A DNA stretch of 64,000 nucleotides from Leptogorgia sarmentosa (Eukaryota), in the NCBI GenBank assembly GCA_964658305.1, contig OZ210885.1:9114001-9178000 (forward strand), in the 5' to 3' direction. Of the stretch, positions 51,123 through 64,000 are shown piece after piece. Numbering within the stretch: the stretch's first letter is position 1; every line of letters starts with the position of its first letter. Position numbers and translations under genes: made by a program. Below the pieces are notes generated by a model. The model was not told the origin of the DNA, ran no database searches, and saw only the letters and a program-made list of their open reading frames with translations.

Positions 51123-53529
51123 AGCCCCGTGCACATGTAGCCTGATACGTTTGTATGCGCGAACATTTTCTTGCGGTTACGCAAAGCGACCACACGTATC
51201 CGGCAAATCCGCACACTGTAAACGCAAATTTTTGAAACCGGTCTCCAGAGTGGAAAGTTTTGAATACGCAACGAACCCGGATACATGTAGGCGCGGTGCA
51301 CCGCAACCGTAACAATGTGAAACCACAACAATTTGAAACCGATGACGTAATCGATGAAAATTGATATTCCCCCACATTAAAGTGTAGAGTTCAGTCCATT
51401 TCGAATTTATACTCACGAGTGCGTTGTCTATGAGTTATTACAGCAAAATGGCTCCGAAGAGACAAGCTGTTCTTACAATTTTAACCTGGATAATTTCCAG
51501 TATTATCGCCAAGATTAATTTAAAAATTGCAATGTTAAGTTACAAGGCTGACTATGAAAGGATGAGAGCGACCTAAGTAGCTACCGCTTTGGTCAGTGTC
51601 AATTGTCGCGAAACGTCTCAACGAAAGGCGCCAACCACGACCTCGAAGGTTTTCGGTCGGATCTGGACGAACAAGTGTTTAGTAGATTCTTTTGTCAACC
51701 AAATGGTCATCATCTGTGCATACGAAAGACCTGCTCTTCCTTTTTTCTTTATTTTATTTATATTTTCTACTGTTTTAATCTTGAATTCGATATCTTTCCA
51801 TACACAACACTGAATAGTAAATATTACAGCAGCTGGGAAATTTATTGTCGCTGTGCAGAGAAATTGCGGGCACAACCTGTTTTTTGTTCGAATTTGTAAA
51901 TTTCGAATGAAAATGCAAAGCGAATGTTTGTTTGAGATCTGAGCTTCTCTGAGCCATAATCAAATTATTTAAAGAGTAGGAAGTTGTTCTTAGCACACCA
52001 AGTTTGCTTCAGATGTTGAATATGTCCTTTTTAATGGTACATTTTACTAAAATATTGGCGACGAAGGCACCTAGGGTTTGAACGTGTTATTATGCCTTGC
52101 GAAGTGTTGTGTTTATTTGTAAATTGTGCGCCAACTCGCTTGGTTACATGGATCAAAACTAACTTGTACGTGAACTGTTATCTATGGTCTGACAGAAGAC
52201 GATTTTTCAAGTGATTTGAAACAAACTTGTGCGAGTGATCAGCACATATACACACAAGGATGTTGACCGATAATTTGAACACAATTTTGGCACGCGAGTG
52301 CTTTGAGTAAAGATTCACTGCCACTTGTGGGTGTTTGAAACTGGAAAGAGTGTGTAATATGTTCCTTACAACTTCATGTGTCACCCCTGGTTCTGTTTTT
52401 GCCAGATAATTTTACGTTTGTTCAGGGTGAGCAAAAGTTTACATTGCTTCGCATCTGTTGACGTTATAGACCCAAGACAGACGTATGGCGGGCAAGCTTC
52501 GAAAGCTCAAAATCTAGACGAAATCTCCAAAGTTTTGTTACTAAATTTGATATTCACATTGTTTGTTGTTTTTGATAAACAGCATTTTGTTGATATGAAA
52601 ATTGCCCTTCCGACCAAAATCGTGGAATCTATGTCAAACATTGCATATCGGTTGAATTTTGATGTCTGCCATATCAAGACGAACGATAGCGAATCAATTG
52701 AATGTAGTTGGTTCATTTTTTGCTCTAGTTTCTGGTACTAATGTATTAATACTTGTGTAAAGAAATCAAACCGTTACTCCTTTTAGAACAAAAAATATTT
52801 TAAACTATATCTCGCTATATTTTCTCGTCTCAATCAGGAATTAAATTGGGTCGAAACTCGGCAAAATTGTGAAAAATCTAACCGAAGTCTCCAAAATCTT
52901 GATCCTATTTTTGAATTCTCTGGATAGGTAGGAAAAATAAATACCTAATCGTTTTGAGGGGAAAATTGCGCTTCAAGTTGAATTTCGCCTTTAAAGTTCG
53001 ACAGGTAGAGCATAATATCCCTGTCTCGTCGTAGGATACACCGAAACAGCTCTCGAAAACAGCGCTTTGCGGAAGCTATTCCTTGCAGAATTTAATTCTT
53101 TTTGCAGTATTTGCCGCATACGGCACAATAAAGGTCCTTCCTATTTGCAACTGCAAAAACAGCGATAAAAACAGCCAAAGAAACGAGGCACAAGAGAAAA
53201 AAATCCCGCTCATGTTTTTGTTTACAAATTTTAAAGATCCCGCGCGCGATGTTAGTTCGTGGAGCCCACGCAAGTCACATTTGACGCATGCGCAACAAAT
53301 TTCCCAGCTGCTAAATATTACAATAAATATAACACGTGTCACACCGACAGCATCGCAGGCTCAACACGCGCGATAGCGCATGTTTTGTAAGCAAATCTGA
53401 CGTATTCTCATCGTTTTCGTGGATACGTTTGGTCGCTCGAATCCGAGTACGCATAATTTTTCGTAACGGCGAGAAAATGTTTGTGGATACATTGATACAA
53501 ATGTATCCAGATACGTGTAGATGGAGCCT
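51123..53529. mobile_element. Degenerate PIF/Harbinger element
   Basis: Imperfect TIRs AGCCCCGTGCACATGTAG / ATACGTGTAGATGGAGCCT; decayed transposase-like N-terminus RPRRF..SGRTSV**DSFVN at about 51639-51703. Confidence 0.55.
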
Positions 53530-54064
53530 CATTTCTGCAGTAGAATTCTTAGAACATTAATATAACACTTACAAAAACGATTTCCTCGGTATTTCCAAAG
53601 AAAAGGTAAGCGTTCTGGATGTCTGATCCAAGTGCTGTGCTGAATCTGTGAGATGATAAGGTGAACATATAAAGTTTAAAATTTAGCGGAGGGTCGAATT
53701 AACCTACCGGTTGTTAATCTATATTCTGGAGATTACATACAGTGAGTTCTTTATATTTCTATTCTATTTTGCGGGTCTTATGATTAATCGGCTGCAAATT
53801 CCTCAAGATTTCTCTCGATTTCATACGCCGTATACGGACGTAAACTTTAGTCGTATCGTGTGCAGGGGCCTTTATATTTATTCAATATATTTTGGAATGC
53901 CAGTCCATAATTGATTTTATTAATTTTTTTGTGCAGTTATCAGACCTAAAAACTTACTTAATGATACAACTTTTTCATGTACAACATTTAAACCAATCGA
54001 TCGAATCAATAGAAACGACGTGTGAATCAGTGTTGCGTAGCTAACAAAAAACATGTCTACTTAC

Positions 54065-54362
54065 TTCCATTCGTTAGAAATTCTTGACTTTTACTATAGT
54101 TTCCAGAACCGACTTTAGTGCTTGCGAGAACACGAACATAGTATCTTGTTGATGCATTCAAATTCCCAGAAAACCACTTTCGTTCACTTGTGATAAATGT
54201 CTGAAAGCAAGGACCAGATTCTGAATGTGAAATACAGGCTGTATAACTTGCAATGGCGCCATTTCTTCTGGTTTTCTCAGGAGGTTGCCATGTGATAGAC
54301 AATGATCTAGATTCTAGCACTTCGTGATATTGTTTCGATGCTCAATGGAGCACCACTTGGAG
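54065..54362 (-). CDS. FN3 exon (frameshifted near its 5' end)
   Basis: APSGAPLS(fs)...SRSLSITWQPP...NGAIASYT...NLNASTRYYVRVLAST.VG.GNYS. Confidence 0.75.
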
Positions 54363-54778
54363 CTAAACAAATAATATTCGACGTTTTTGATGAAAGTCTT
54401 TTTTCTAATTGTTGACCAATGCTCATGTTTTAAATCGAAACAGACCAAAGACTTTTTTCATTGAAATGAGACGGTCAACAAAAATTTCGACAATCTCCAA
54501 CAACAATGATATTTTGGGCAAATCTTTGAAACAGGAATACAGCTTTTTCTCTCTGTCTCTCTCTCTAATATAAAATAATTCTGCCCCATTCCAACTTCGA
54601 ACTTCAACGTGATTTTCTTTGTTTTTTTTCTCAACCATTAAAATCAGCTGTTGAATTGGGACCTTCGACGTTCAACACGTTTCCTATGATATTCCAATTT
54701 GATGTATAAAACAGCTTTACATTCTTAGCCTATTTATTCAGTTTTAGTTTTTTCAACAGTCTTTAATTGTATCACTTA

Positions 54779-55371
54779 TGCTTCAGTCAATTGACACCAC
54801 GGCCCCCCCACCCCCGGGACATAGCGGGGAATTAACAAAATTTAGCGGGGATTTAACGCTATTTAACAACGTGCTATGCCCGGGAGGACGGTAGAATTAA
54901 CAACACGTTTTTGTAAACCGGGGTATTAAGCGGGGATTTAACACCCGCGATATAAATTATGCCGGGATTTAAACCAGGGGTTTAAAGGATGTGGACTGGG
55001 GCGAGTCAATAAAAACACGAAAATGGCGGCCGAAAAGAAGTGTGTGAGACAGGTACGTGCTTTTAAGGTACGTGCTGTTCATTCTATTTTCCTGTTTCAT
55101 ACTATTAATACTTCATTAGTATTTCATTGCATTTTGCGGCTAATTAAATAATCGCTCTTTTTTGCTGAATATTTTGACCAGCAGTCTTTTAAACTTCAGT
55201 CCTTCTCTCGCTCCCTCTAAGGTCTCCCACTAAATCCCGACTATGCCGGGGTTTTAACAGACTATTTCGCCCGAGGGGCGGGGGAAATAATGTTTTTTAA
55301 CACTTCGTTGATGTTAAATTCCCCGCTATATACCGGGGGTCGGGGTGCCGTGGTGTCAATTGACTGAAGCA
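54779..55371. mobile_element. MITE with 3-bp TTA TSD (PIF/Harbinger-like) inserted in a splice donor
   Basis: TGCTTCAGTCAATTGACACCACGGC / GCCGTGGTGTCAATTGACTGAAGCA; TTA on both flanks. Confidence 0.8.
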
Positions 55372-55375
55372 TTAC

Positions 55376-55666
55376 CTACTTCAGATGTACGAAATGATGT
55401 AATGGTAGATTCTTCACTAAATCCATAAGAATTTCCAGAAGTTACGGATACTTCATATTCAGTGAAAGGATTGAGATTATTTAACTGATACTCATTAACT
55501 TTTCCTGTTGTAATATCAAGCAATAGAGAATCATTTTCCTTCACTTTTATACAGAATTGTGACACATTTAAAACTCCCTTGTATTTGGGATCTGTCCAAG
55601 ATATTTTAGAGCTTCCAGACGTGACATTAGTGACTCTGAGTTTCGTCGGTTTGTCTGGAAACACGG
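55376..55666 (-). CDS. FN3 exon
   Basis: PDKPTKLRVTNVTS..SKISW.DP...LNNLNPFTEYEVSVT.GN.YGFS. Confidence 0.8.
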
Positions 55667-57395
55667 CTAAAAGAAAAACGCATCAAAATGTATTTGTGCA
55701 AGTTCAATGTGTAGATTAAGAGCGTAATATAAAAAAACGCTTTGTTTACATTCTGTTCTGGCTTTCTATATTTTGAAAATGTAGATAAACTCATTTTCAG
55801 ACAAAAAGGGACTTTACTAGGTGGGGGGGGGGGGGAATTCCTCCAGTGGGGATTCCTCCAGGGGGGTGGAAGAGGGGGCTTGGCCCCTCCTGTTTATATG
55901 TTAACTGTAAACACATACATGCAGTAACCCCTGGCCTTACCCCCAAAAATTGCAACTATATTTTTGGAACATGAAGTACTTAAAGTAAAGAAGTCAGCGG
56001 TTGTTGTCATGGCAACAGGATCGGAAATTGAAAACAGTCAAAATATCAGCTTTTATCTTTGTTTTATTGGCATTTTTTAATTTGGAGAACCATTTGTTAA
56101 CCCGTACGTGATTAGGACTAATATAAACTTGAATTTGGTGCGAAATACTACGTTTATTTGCATACAACATTTTAAATATTCAAGTCAGTCTTCTTTGATA
56201 TGAAACAATTTCCAGCTAGACTCCAATGTTCGCTCGTGTTCTTTTGAGTAAAGTTTGTAAATATTTGTGAAGTCTTGCATTTCAAAACAAAAACTTATAC
56301 TCTGGAATTGAGCCGTGAATTGATTAAACGCGGCTACGGCCGGCGACCTTTCAGGCAAATAGTAAATATACGCAAAACAAAAGTTCACTGCCGAAAATAT
56401 ATTGACGAACTTATCCTGTGTTTCAATCCATGGTCATTTCGTCCCATTTCTCAGCGTTTTATATCTTCCGAGAAGGCTTTTAAAGTCTTACGCGCAGGTC
56501 TTGTCTTTGTTTTCCCTTTTCCAAAGCTTTAATTAAGAAGCTCCTTCAAAGCTTTAAAAACCTTCGGCTCTTCCACTATATTTTAGAGATCAGTGATGAC
56601 CTACGATGCACCATGACCCAAAATGGCTGCCAAATCGAGCAACTTTGGACTCCGCTATGCTGCCCTTTACCCGGGTGCAAATAGCCGTGCGGAATTATTA
56701 CCCTCGAATTTATGATAGTCCGCCATATTTTTGAGAACAGTGATGACCACCCTGACATCCTTACCATCCATCCTAACCCAAAATGGCGGCTGAGCAATTT
56801 CAGACTCCTCTATGCTGCCCTTTACCAGGGTGAAAATAGCCGTGCGGAATTATTAACCTCGCCCCGGGCTAACGCCCTCGGGGTAAAAGGCATTAAGCGC
56901 GGAATGTCTAATCAGTACAATTCTGGATTTCGGAAAATTAAAAATGAATGCTTATAAATATATTTTATTTTAAAATGAATGCTTATACCGCTACCAATAT
57001 TTGCCAAACCAGAGTATTCATGGGTTTATGCTTTAAGGTGTGGTGATTACTGCAATCCATGTAAGAAATCTTGTTTGTGAGATGTGCAAGGCTGTAGCTA
57101 GAGCGTGATTGGAGGAGAGTGTTTACATTCATATACGGACTTCTTTTCAAATTCATTCAAAAACGACTCTCCTAACCCTTTCCTCAGGGAATAGAGAGCA
57201 TGTTTCATGGTAATTTATGCAGATTCAAAACTGCCATCAATCTGCATATTTCGAGATGACATTACCGACCGATCCCAAGGTCATTTCCAACCACCACCCA
57301 ATTCTTGGAACGCAAGAGTAACCCTAATCGTAAGATGTGGTAATAATAACGGCAACCTGCCAAAGTACATTATTATATGTTCCACGAAAACTTAC

Positions 57396-58020
57396 TTTCA
57401 CCTCCAATGTCAACTCTCATACATGCATCCCCTACATAACTTAATGGAACGAGACGTAAAGCTCTCGTTATTACATCAGGAAATTGCTCAGCAGCTTGGT
57501 TAAAAGCATTTTTGTTTCCTTCATACTGGAGTATCTATAAACAAAGTGAATTCACAATCATTTAGAAGACCATATTCGTAATAATTAAAATTTCTTTAGG
57601 TAAGTTTTGGGGAGCAACTGACAGAGACACAGACAGACGGACGGACGGACAAATGGTGAACTCTCGTCACATGACTCAAATATTGAACTGTGTGTTTTGT
57701 GCTTTCAGCTTAAGGATAACGCCTTCTCACCTTTTCTGGAACTGTTTTCCAGTTTATCAAGTCAATAGTGTAATCCAACCGGTATGTGGCCACCCATTTT
57801 GCACTGCTACTGTCACCATATGTTACTAAGTAAACAAGACGATAAAGTGTTCCTAAATCCACTTGGAGGTAATTTTTTCCATCGACAAGAGGAGAACACC
57901 AAGAACTTGCGCTAGATGCTCTTCCATCAGAAGCAGAATGGCTTTTTGAAGAGAGTGGGGCACTAAAGAATGAATCTGGGAATCTTCGTTCGTCGTCCAT
58001 CAACAGATTGAACGAACCGC
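57396..58020 (-). CDS. F5/8 type C (discoidin) domain, exons 57731-58020 and 57396-57534
   Basis: SSWCS...NYLQVDLG...LVTYG...WVATYRLDYT.D..NW; YEGN...TRALRLVPLSY.GDACMRVDI.G. Confidence 0.8.
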
Positions 58021-58467
58021 CTGGCAGGAAGTAAAAAAGATGAAATTAACATTCTAGAATTTCATGGACATTTCTGCAAGTGCTTCAATCCCAAGGGTGA
58101 TCAGTTTGTTAATCTTGGTCCGATACTTTTGCTGGCATGAAAACACGTGTTCGAAATATATCGTACGCTTTTGGATAGATTCATTTAGTGCAAGCTTGTT
58201 AGGCTTGAAACGGGACATGAAAGTTCTGTTTTTCCCGCTTAAAACAATTCTACAAATTGGGATCAATATCGTAGCAAAACATAGAGAATAATATTCTAAA
58301 CCGATTGCCGGGAACAAAACACGTTCCTGCTGTTGCGGTGCCAATAGTGATTGAAAATCGTTATTCATATTTGAATCCTTGTTTGGCATGTATGTATGTA
58401 AATTTTTCTTAACTTTATATAAACGAAAAGAGACAAACCTACCTGAAAATATATTACTCGTACTTAC

Positions 58468-58764
58468 ATTGTATGTATGCTGACCCAGGGCAATTTATGC
58501 TGGCCGTAATAGTAAATTCACATTGGGATAAGTATATTTTGTGACTACCACAATGTAGGTAAGAAATGCTTGCAGGTCTTCCACCCTCTCGGAAAGGTAT
58601 ACTAGCAAAGGAAAATGCCTCCTTGTATCCAAGGTGACGACAAACAATATCTTCCTTTGCTTCGTTTAAGCTCTCTCCACAAACTTCAGTTGTTTTCCCA
58701 CCGATTGCAGATTGCAACACTCCTTTGTGGGGTACAGATGAATTTGACAGAAATATATCATGAA
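58468..58764 (-). CDS. SRCR-like domain exon
   Basis: G...EVCG.......DIVCRHLGY....LHC.....LSQC........C......IQC. Confidence 0.75.
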
Positions 58765-58852
58765 CTAAAACACAATAATGTTTATTGTTTAGACTTCCAA
58801 ATATTTTACGTGCCGCGTAAACTTTAAACTGAGCCTTTTCTATATATGCTTC

Positions 58853-59364
58853 CACCCGTTAAAGACTTCAACTACTTCAACGGGTAGTACCCGATATTTC
58901 TCAATTGAGAACATGGGAAATGCCCACGCCGGACTATCGTCTAAGTAGCCTGGCCTGGTAAATTATGAACAGTGATTGCCCGGGTCTATAATCATATGCA
59001 TTTAGCCAGGCCAGAGTGGTGAGCAGCGAGCTCGATTTAGCTCAAGTGGTAAGGCACGCGGTGCGTGCGTTGCAGTTCTATAGTTCAAGCCCCAGTTCGA
59101 CACAATTTTCAGCGTTAGTGATGAAAAGTTTTCCTCAATATTTTTCTGACCACAATGGTCAGGGTTAGGATTCTAGGGTTTGAGTTGGGATTAAGGAAAT
59201 TCTTAGTATATTGAAAAATGGTATCCAACACTAATATAACTATATCAAGAGTAATACTGCAACACCGACCAGCAATCTTAGGCGATAGTCCAGCGTGGGC
59301 ATTACCCGTGTTCTCAATTGAGAAATATTGGGTACTACCCCTTGAGGTCTTTGTTCAACGGCTG
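58853..59364. mobile_element. TIR MITE (7-bp TSD) with tRNA-like cassette, copy 2
   Basis: Homologous to 22137-22649; TSD ATGCTTC. Confidence 0.85.
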
Positions 59365-60712
59365 ATGCTTCGGAATTTAAATAAAAAAACACCCTCTTTA
59401 GCCTGTAAGCCTTCGGCTTAATTCCTATTTTGAATTCTGATTTTACATTCCAGTTTGTATTTTATTAGGCCGCAGCTTATATATATAATGATGGTTTATC
59501 CCAGTGCTGTAGAGGCTGAATTTTTTGGTAGGGGGGACAAAAATGGACCTATGGCGATGTCACTAACAAAGCGCTGTAAATTCGCGCATCGCAGGAGGGT
59601 CCAGAGCATATTCAGCCCCGATTATTTTGAAATTCGAAGCTCCAGAAAGGCATTTCATGCATTCTAAGTGCCTCATTCACGCGTTTACCCATTCCAGCAC
59701 AGGTTGAAACGAAAAGGCAAGTTTAAAGGCCTCATGTCTTCAAATTTGACCCCATATTCACAGCAGCATTTCCAAATGACGTAATAGAACACTTTTCAAA
59801 AATTTTCTCAACTTGCTTTGTTGTCTAGATATTGACGAATGTTTGATAATAATGCAATGATGGTGAATCACTGTGATGTCAAATTACATAATACAATCAT
59901 AAGCAAATACGTAAAACAATAAACTCCAAAACCCACACAGGTAGAGTTGTGTGCACATTGATGGAGACTCCATTTCATGTTAGATTTCGACAAGATGGAA
60001 TTGATTGAAATGTAACAAAGTTACTTGGCTGTCACTCATTATGCAATATGACATCACACTGATCACAGTGGTGTTCATTTGCATATCAAATATTTGTCAA
60101 TACTGTATCTACACAATAAAGGAAGTTACGAAAATTTGGAAAAATGTTTATTAGGTCACTTGGAATGTTCATTATTGGCTGAAAATGACATAAAAATTGA
60201 ATTTTTCTATGGGGCAACTCCCGCTCCTGTTGCCCAACATCTCTGTTCAAAACGATTAGACAACTCGGCCGCGTTGTCTAAATGTTCAATGTTTGTTATC
60301 TATTACCTAACTTCAGCCGATGATGACGTGCTCAGTGTCCAATGATGTTTTTTTGGATTGAACTTGCATCCTGGGCAAGAGTACCAAGAAAGTGGAGTTA
60401 GGATTCTCAAATCGCCGTTTCCGGTGATTCGAAATGATCAAAATTTTCTCGCTGCGCACAACCATCGTGGCGCTTTCGACTTTCGCTAGCCTCAAAATGG
60501 GGCAAAAAGCTATCTGCCCACGTGTAAAAATGTATCTCATACCCCTATGCAAAGAGCATTGGCCACAGTCTGAATAATTCTTGGTAACATGCTGAGATGC
60601 ATGCATAATTATTGTTTATTAATGCTGCCATTGGTTACTTACAGCTACAGGCCGAATGAGAAGGTGGTCGTTTGAAACTACAAGTTATGAACATGAATGA
60701 AACTCAACCTAC

Positions 60713-61015
60713 CACATGGTCCATTGTAAGAATTCTTTGCATCAAAACATTGATATTCAAAGTAAAGATAGTTTGATAATCCAAGACATGGATCTCCAGA
60801 GATTAATTTGTCATCCACAGTCATATTACATTCATGTAGACCATCACATTGTTTCTTAACGATGCATGTAACATCAACCTTACAAATATATTCGTCGCTT
60901 AAACCGCATTTCTTAGTTGCAGGTAATCCACGATAAGATGCGAAATTAACTTCCATGTACTGATCTTTAGGGCAATTGGCATTCACTACCATCTCACCAT
61001 GACACGTCACTGAAC
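60713..61015 (-). CDS. SUEL/rhamnose-binding lectin-like exon
   Basis: C....C......FASY.G...C...C....VKKQCDG.HEC.......GDPC.GLSNYLYFEYQC. Confidence 0.8.
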
Positions 61016-61243
61016 CTTCAAGAAATAAGAGAGATTTTGTTCTTTTATATACGATTTCGACTGAAAATATCAAATTGTTTAAAATAAAGATTCGTGTGAA
61101 AGAAATCTGTTGTGCACTTAACTTGAAACTGACATTGAAGCTACCTTACTTTTCCTTCGAGTCACGTTTTACAAGTTTACAATCTTAATGTAGTAATATA
61201 CAATGAAGGCATAACTGTGAGACAGTGGGAGGCGGTCGCCGCC

Positions 61244-63096
61244 GCAAATTTAGATTCGGTATACGGTCGGACATCTTCGAGATGGTCGGACACCGCATTT
61301 ATTCGTTTTCAGTACCTCAAACGAGCTTAACACTAACCCAAACCCTGTCCTAACCCTAACTTTAGTCATTAACATAATCATACGTGTTTGAATTCAAAAG
61401 TCGAAAAAAAGAGTATAAAAAATTGCGCCCCGATCTGGCATCGAACAGTGGTGGACGGCACAGAAATCTGAACCCTTACCAAATACAGTGACTGCTTCAC
61501 CTGCCTGACGCTCGATTTAAACTCATTATTATCGTTATTTCTATTGCTGCTGCTGTTTATGACTTCATGTAATATAATGGGATGTGCGACCATTTTGGTC
61601 TGACGACCGTCAACAGAATCGAAATTAGCGTCGCTGCCGAAATGTTTTTTCCGTAGACAGTCGAACACCTCATTGATGGTCGGACACATCATTTATTAGC
61701 GTCCAGACTTTCACTTCATCAATTGATTATACTAACACTTGCCGAAACGGCAGTTCTGACCCGAACCTTGAACATAAATAAAATTTTGAAAAAAAATCTG
61801 AAGTACAGGTGTATTTTAAAATAAATCGCTCAAATATCTTTGGCAGAATGAAAAAAAAATTAGGAAAAAAATAACGCGCTGATATCATGGGGATCGAACC
61901 CAAACACGTTGCACGCAGTCCGCGTGCTTACCACTACACCAACCGCTCAAGCTGCCAGGTCTTACATTCAAATCTTTATGATGCTTATTCCTAATGCTAA
62001 TGTTAATATGATAATAATGATGTGTCCGACTATCAATTGAAGTAAAAAAAATTAGCGTCGCCGCCGCTATTTCCCGTTTCGTAAATCGACAGGGTCACCA
62101 GTTACAATTTAGTGTTTTCAAATATAAAATTTCCGTCAGTGTAATAAATGAACGTTTCCTTGCCGTGGTTTTCAGCGAGCTAGCTCACTTCCGCCCTGTC
62201 TTTTAATAAATTTCAAAACATTTTTTTGCACCCCGTAAAGTAGCTATTTTTACTGTTTAAATTTAGACTATTACAGGGTTAAGATTAGGTTTAGCGTTCG
62301 TTTTTAGTTAATTTTATAAAAAAAATTACTGATTACTGAATTAATAATATAAAATTATTACTCGACTGTGATTGGTTCATTTCAGTGCAGTTAATCCTAA
62401 ATCACAGTGCATGCATTTTTTGTTATCACAGTGTAATTTTTTGTAATCACAGTGCAATGTTCTGTAGTCACAGTGCAATGTTCTGTAGTCACAGTGCAAT
62501 TTTCTGTTATCACATTGCTATATTTTGTAATTACTTTGAACCAATCAAATTAGAGTTCAAGCTACAGTTTTCGTCAAAACAAAACAAACATGGCGGCCGC
62601 GCTAAACAAAGTAAAAATTGCCTTCGAGTCGAAAATATAGCTTTTATCTTTTTTTATTACAGAAAAAACTTTATCTTAAACAAGACTAAGAAAAGTTTCG
62701 TGCTCGGGTGAATTTTTGAAACCGTTATCGCTGTAAAATGTGAAATAAACTAAGCAAGAAAACTCTGCTGGTGAAATTTCGCTTTGAGACGTAAGTCATC
62801 ACTACAATTGTCTCGAATACTTTTATGCAAACTATTAACAAGTAATAGTATGGTTTCTCGTGCAATTTGGAATTAACATACACTCGTGAGTTTTCCAATT
62901 CAAGACCTCAAAAAGCACTCGTCCTTCGGACTCGTTCTATTTTTAGGTCTTTGGAAAACTCACTCGCGCATTTTAATTCCAAATCGCACTCAAAACCATA
63001 CTATAACCTATACTAAACGCCGGATGTTACATACGTGAAAAGTGGTGAAACTGGCTGTAACAGATGACCCTGGCTGTTCACGAAACAAAAAACTGC
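61244..63096. mobile_element. Three abutting MULE-like MITEs (61244-61629, 61639-62056, 62066-63096) separated by copies of one 9-bp target
   Basis: GTCGCCGCC 61235-61243, GTCGCTGCC 61630-61638, GTCGCCGCC 62057-62065, ATCACCGCC 63097-63105; each unit has its own imperfect TIRs. Confidence 0.75.
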
Positions 63097-63409
63097 ATCA
63101 CCGCCTGAAAAATTAATTTGTAACACAGAAGTCCGACCTTGATCACACGCGCATAATGTTTCAAGGAAGGCAACACGTGTGAGAAGAACAAAATTGGTCA
63201 GTTTGAACAAAAGAAGCCTAGATTCTTCGCCGCTGTACACGCAAAACACGAAAACTGTATTTTCGATATATTTCATTTACTCATTCGAAGGGGGAAGGGA
63301 GGGGGGGGGGCGAGTCTTCAGCATTAAAACTGTACGGCGTCAGGGATTTTCTCTCCTGTTTCCTTAGTGTAAGGCCAGCGAAATTTGTCGACCTCTATTA
63401 GAAGCATAC

Positions 63410-63892
63410 CAAAATAAAATATTTGACCATCATGTACTGGAGTTGTCACTAATCCAATGTAGTGGAGCCGTAAGCTGTGACTGTAAGATGCTTCTGCTCG
63501 CCAAATTTCAAGAAAATCTTTATTTTTTCCTTCATAATAAATAGATAATCCTCCGTGGGAGGTCTGTGTTATAGCACGATAGATACTCTCGTTAGGTTTC
63601 TGAGCACAAGCATTCGTGTCCAAACTGACTGAGTCCACGAAGAGATAAAACATATTAAGATTATAACCAGAACCATTTCTATTAAAAGCAGCGACGCAGC
63701 CCTGCCTTTCCAAGTTCAACATGGCACCATTATCGCGAAACCGAAACTGAGCTGATGGATGGAGACAATCCGGTTTGTAGTAGGAAAGTCTGAGAAATAG
63801 CAAGTAACCCCAACCTCCTCCTGATTGTGTCACATCTGTGTTCTTTAGACAGTATCCTCTGTATTTTGCTCTCACAAAGAAAGAAGCTGCAC
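63410..63892 (-). CDS. Cys-containing extracellular exon (possibly beta-trefoil-like) of the receptor gene
   Basis: AG/GT-bounded open frame; C.......QFRF...G...NL....CV pattern. Confidence 0.55.
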
Positions 63893-64000
63893 CTGAAAAT
63901 CAATAATTTTCTTGACATATAGTCTTCGCTGGCAGTACAAAAAATTATGCACGTCATTAGTCTAAAGTTGTTTTTAAAAAGTCGTTTTTTTGTGACCTGT

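Larger units (their letters stand above)
49334..63892 (-). pseudogene. Multi-exon receptor gene (lectin/SRCR/F5-8C/FN3/RPTP-like juxtamembrane/TM/Tyr-motif tail); at least partly disrupted; 5' end outside the window
   Basis: GT-AG bounded exons on the minus strand; phases checked for the 3' exons; frameshift in the FN3 exon near 54330 and TE insertions at splice sites. Confidence 0.7.

Overview
AT-rich, intron-containing eukaryotic DNA from a marine invertebrate, probably an anthozoan cnidarian (inferred from gene and repeat style; not provable from this window). Main contents: (1) an intronless GT10 alpha-1,3-fucosyltransferase-like gene (11325-12482). (2) Two tRNA clusters (13.4-19.9 kb and 44.3-46.9 kb) built from duplicated modules, with intact genes, decaying copies, an intron-containing Leu(CAA) and an unusual Ser(GGA). 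(3) A head-to-tail dimer of a BEL/Pao LTR retrotransposon (24257-38394) with three LTRs and one TAGAC target duplication; the two copies carry complementary lesions. (4) Two degenerate intronless LRR-stalk-TM genes, one split by the BEL dimer. (5) A multi-exon, probably pseudogenised receptor gene on the minus strand (49.3-63.9 kb) with lectin, SRCR, F5/8C, FN3, TM and a Tyr-motif tail but no catalytic domain. (6) Many nested non-autonomous DNA transposons, including three different elements stacked at one 9-bp target and a tRNA-like Pol III cassette shared between elements with different termini. All coordinates were read by eye and may be off by a few bases.
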